Assembly (NCBI RefSeq): GCF_001194135.2
Contig: NC_068981.1
Location: forward strand, 66,665,195-66,729,194
DNA length: 64,000 nucleotides
Direction of reading: 5' to 3'
Source: Octopus bimaculoides
Lineage: Eukaryota
Below, in pieces: positions 61,050 through 64,000 of this stretch. Every line of letters begins with the position of its first letter. Positions within the stretch are counted from its first letter, which is position 1. The position numbers were made by a program, and so were the translations under genes. The notes under the pieces are model-generated. The model had not been told where the DNA came from and did no database searches. It saw only the letters and a list, made by a program, of their open reading frames with translations.

Positions 61050-63060
61050 TTGTCAAAGATATGTGTCTGCTCTCATCTGTTTTTCTCTGACCTTTGGGCA
61101 CATGCTGAGAGAAGTTCCATTTACTTGAGTCACACTTATCACTCATATTGTCCTTTCAAGAACTTACTACAAGGCACTCTTCATTCTGACTTTTTTTTCT
61201 ATGTAGAACTTGGAAAAACTGATGGGAGATTCACTAAAGAAGAAAGTTTCTGTCTTCCATCCTTTCAGTCATCTTCACTATACAACATCTTTTGCCATAG
61301 TCACCAGACACAGGGAGACTACCTGTCCTTTGTGAGCAGAGGAAGGTGGCAGGATGATCTTCCTGATGGATTTGGATGATAGCCAGATCTGTTATACATG
61401 TGCAAACAATTGATCAGCAATGGTCAGACACTGAACAAGTTTGTACGGTATGACTTTGTTTCTCTGCATCCATTCTCAGACAGGCCTATTGCAATACTTA
61501 TATAATTTATCTTGAAAAAGCAATATTCTTACCTTCTCATAACACTGTCACACCACATATTTTTGAAAGTAATCCATTGTCTCTTGGTTGAAAGTCTCCC
61601 AAAACTAACCAATCACTTGAGTTTTATCGTACACTGAGTTACCCCCAAACTGTTGTCAATTTTCTGCAATGTCAGTCCTCTACAGAATATTGAGGTGCAA
61701 GTTTCACTGGCTGATTCATCTCATAAGTAGAGATCTGTTGGTGCTTGACAACATTCATGAGCCCAGGTGCCCAAACTTGGTCTATGTTTGACTCAGGGCT
61801 GCAACTCCATCAAAGAGACTAGTTGTGACCAAATGTGCTTGAAAAAGGGCAAATTCACCTGCTTACCATCCAAGAACCTTTGTAGATGTAGCAGTCTCAA
61901 TGCACATCTACTTATCTTAAACCATGGTATAACACCCTCATCATGCAGAGGTTGTTAGTAGTAGATGGATGGTCTGAACACTAGAACATTTCCCTTCCTT
62001 AGGAAGTGAAAGAGCAGACACTCCAATGTAATCAGATGGAAACTGGGGCAAGACAGAACAATCATGCCAGACACAATGACTGGGGCAAGGCACAATGGAG
62101 TTGATTTATGCATTCATCTCTTCTGTTTGACCTTCCTAGGATAGCTTCTTTCTAGACAATTTTTGGGTGAGGTTTTAATCTCATTCTAGTTACTATCCAT
62201 TTAGAAGTCCTGTCCGAACCATATCTGAAGCAACTTAACTATAACTTGTTCATTGGGCAATGATGGTCAGTGACACAGATTTGCTTCTACAGCTGCTGAT
62301 CTGGAAACCTACTGACTTGTTTATTATGCTAGTCTTGCTCTTGTCACTGTTTCATATTCTTTTAGAATGGATCCAGCCTCTTTGACTTTTTGCTGCCTGA
62401 CACCATTTTGGCAATGATTACAAAAGTCACTTGGCTCTCTTGCATCCTAGTTCCATTGTAATTGATTAAGAATTAGTATATATAGAGGAAATTATAGAGG
62501 AGATTATAGAGGACACTCATAACATGTTGAACATGTGATTTGAAGCATTTACTCAATATGTTATGGATGTTTTTCTTGACCAGGGGTTCTCAACCATTTT
62601 CTTTTATTTATGAGCCCCTTTGATTACTTTTTCTTTATTCTGGTGGACCCCCATAGCCATTTGATGTTGAAAAATTTGTTTTAAAGAAACTTCTTTCAAC
62701 ATTTCTATTTTGTTATTCACACATTCCCTTGTGTTGGTTGAACTATGTAAAATGTTAGAGAAAGAAACAGATGTTTCTTGCAATACATACCAATACATAC
62801 ATCTAAAGCAAAATTTTTTCAGGGGCCCTTATAATACTATTCTGGGTCTCTTATATATTATTTGGTTGCATGGACCCTGGTTGAGAACCACTGTATGAGA
62901 CAGTCATTTAGTTTGACCCCTGAAATGTACACTGAAATGATCCAGTCTTTGAAAACTGGACTGGAAGCAACTGCATTGAGGACAGCTGCCAAATAGTGAT
63001 GATTAACCCTATTGAAAAAGCTTTCAATTGATCCAAATTGAGCTGAGCTTCATAGGAGCC
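61050..63060 (-). pseudogene. Highly degenerate RTE/BovB-like LINE RT region, interrupted by hAT MITE
   Basis: Minus-strand traces in expected order: MPGS..LKAFS..IW (KAPGxD..LK..IW-like, ~63060-62960), GF..RSC-like (~62290), CVLAP-like (~62050), DLYL*DE (LYADD-like, ~61730), RMEDR (~61250). Many stops. Confidence 0.4.
62581..62893. mobile_element. hAT (Charlie-like) MITE
   Basis: TIRs caggggttctcaacc / ggttgagaaccactg; TSD no longer clear. Confidence 0.8.
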
Positions 63061-63849
63061 AGGCATCTTACGGCAGACAGGGAGGAAAGGATGATACTGA
63101 GGAAAAAAGAGAGAGAGAGAAAAATAAAACAAAAAACAAAAAAAAACTCCTAAAACTCTTGGAGCAAATGGAACATAATTTGTGTTTATTTTAACGTGTT
63201 AAGAGATACATCAACCTCTGCCTTCAAAACTTCTTTCTTAGTTTCATACCTGTATATTTCAAAGTGTGTGAGTGTCATCATATACTAATTGTATAACATT
63301 CAACGGTTTTTCCATCTCAACACTATATTTTTTCTTTTATTTGTTCCTTATTATTGTTTGTTTAGTTTGTTTACTCTTAACCTCATCATATGTTATCGGT
63401 TCTGTTGTTGTTGTTGTTGTATTGGTATTTTTTAGTATTTCTTGTTTTTATTATCTTCATTTGCTGCTCTTTGAGCAAAAAACTATGTGGTAGCAAATTC
63501 AATAGCGAGTTATTTTTACTAGAAATATATTTTGCATGTCTGATAAAAGAATTGTTTAATACTCACATAGCATAGGAATTAACTCTGTATCATGAATAAA
63601 CTTTGTATATGAAATTTATTTATGCATAATAATTATTTTTTTCTTCTAAAAAAATATGAGTATGTGATTTCTTAACTTTGGACCTTATAACAGGTGAACT
63701 TGTACAGCCTACACCAGTAAAGTTCAAAGGTCACTTTCAAATTTGAACACTTTCATCATATTTTTTATGCAGAAATCATAATCTAACTAAATACCTCCAT
63801 GGCTCTGGTACTACGAATGTGTGATTAGAATGTCCCAGGAAAGAATTGC

Positions 63850-64000
63850 AAGACACATTCTTCAAGTTAAGCCAACTGGCAGGAGACCTAGGTGTAGACC
63901 AAGAATGTGATGGTTGTATAATGTCCATAGCCTCAGCTGATCATGCTTAGGAATCTAGCCAGAATGTTTAATGACTGTTATTTCTGATAGGACCCTTTTT
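63850..64000 (+). pseudogene. RTE LINE C-terminal fragment
   Basis: RHILQVKPTGRRPRCRPRM*WLYNVHSLS*SCLGI resembles RTE xxLLAKPxGKRPRGRPRxRWxDxIxDLAWSxLGI. Confidence 0.65.

Overview
AT-rich, repeat-dense animal genomic scaffold with 16 N-gaps, almost all next to microsatellites or minisatellites. The repeat landscape (tRNA-headed SINEs, (GAT)n-tailed RTE-type elements, abundant (TA)/(CA)/(GA)n) suggests an octopod cephalopod; this is inference from pattern recognition, not a database match. No intact protein-coding gene can be supported: the long ORF-track entries are artefacts of N-runs or simple repeats. The window holds four recurrent SINE-like families (A-D, my labels), several with clean target-site duplications (TSDs). 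It also holds fossil RTE-clade LINE pieces, an RLE-type (R4/NeSL-like) LINE remnant and a 5'-truncated Penelope-like element (PLE). DNA-transposon fossils include maT/DD37D, mariner, pogo/Tigger, hAT and TTAA-flanked piggyBac-like MITEs. The best leads are minimal type-I hammerhead-ribozyme-like folds tied to PLE termini (34507-34557, 31837-31872, 48925-48975), two sharing a CC instead of CU core start. Other leads are several clean palindromes/hairpins, modular SINE tail swapping with a candidate partner-LINE 3' end in the window, a three-layer nested insertion, and two high-complexity islands that could be exons or regulatory elements. SINE and LINE-fossil boundaries are approximate (about 10-30 bp) unless TSDs or TIRs are quoted.
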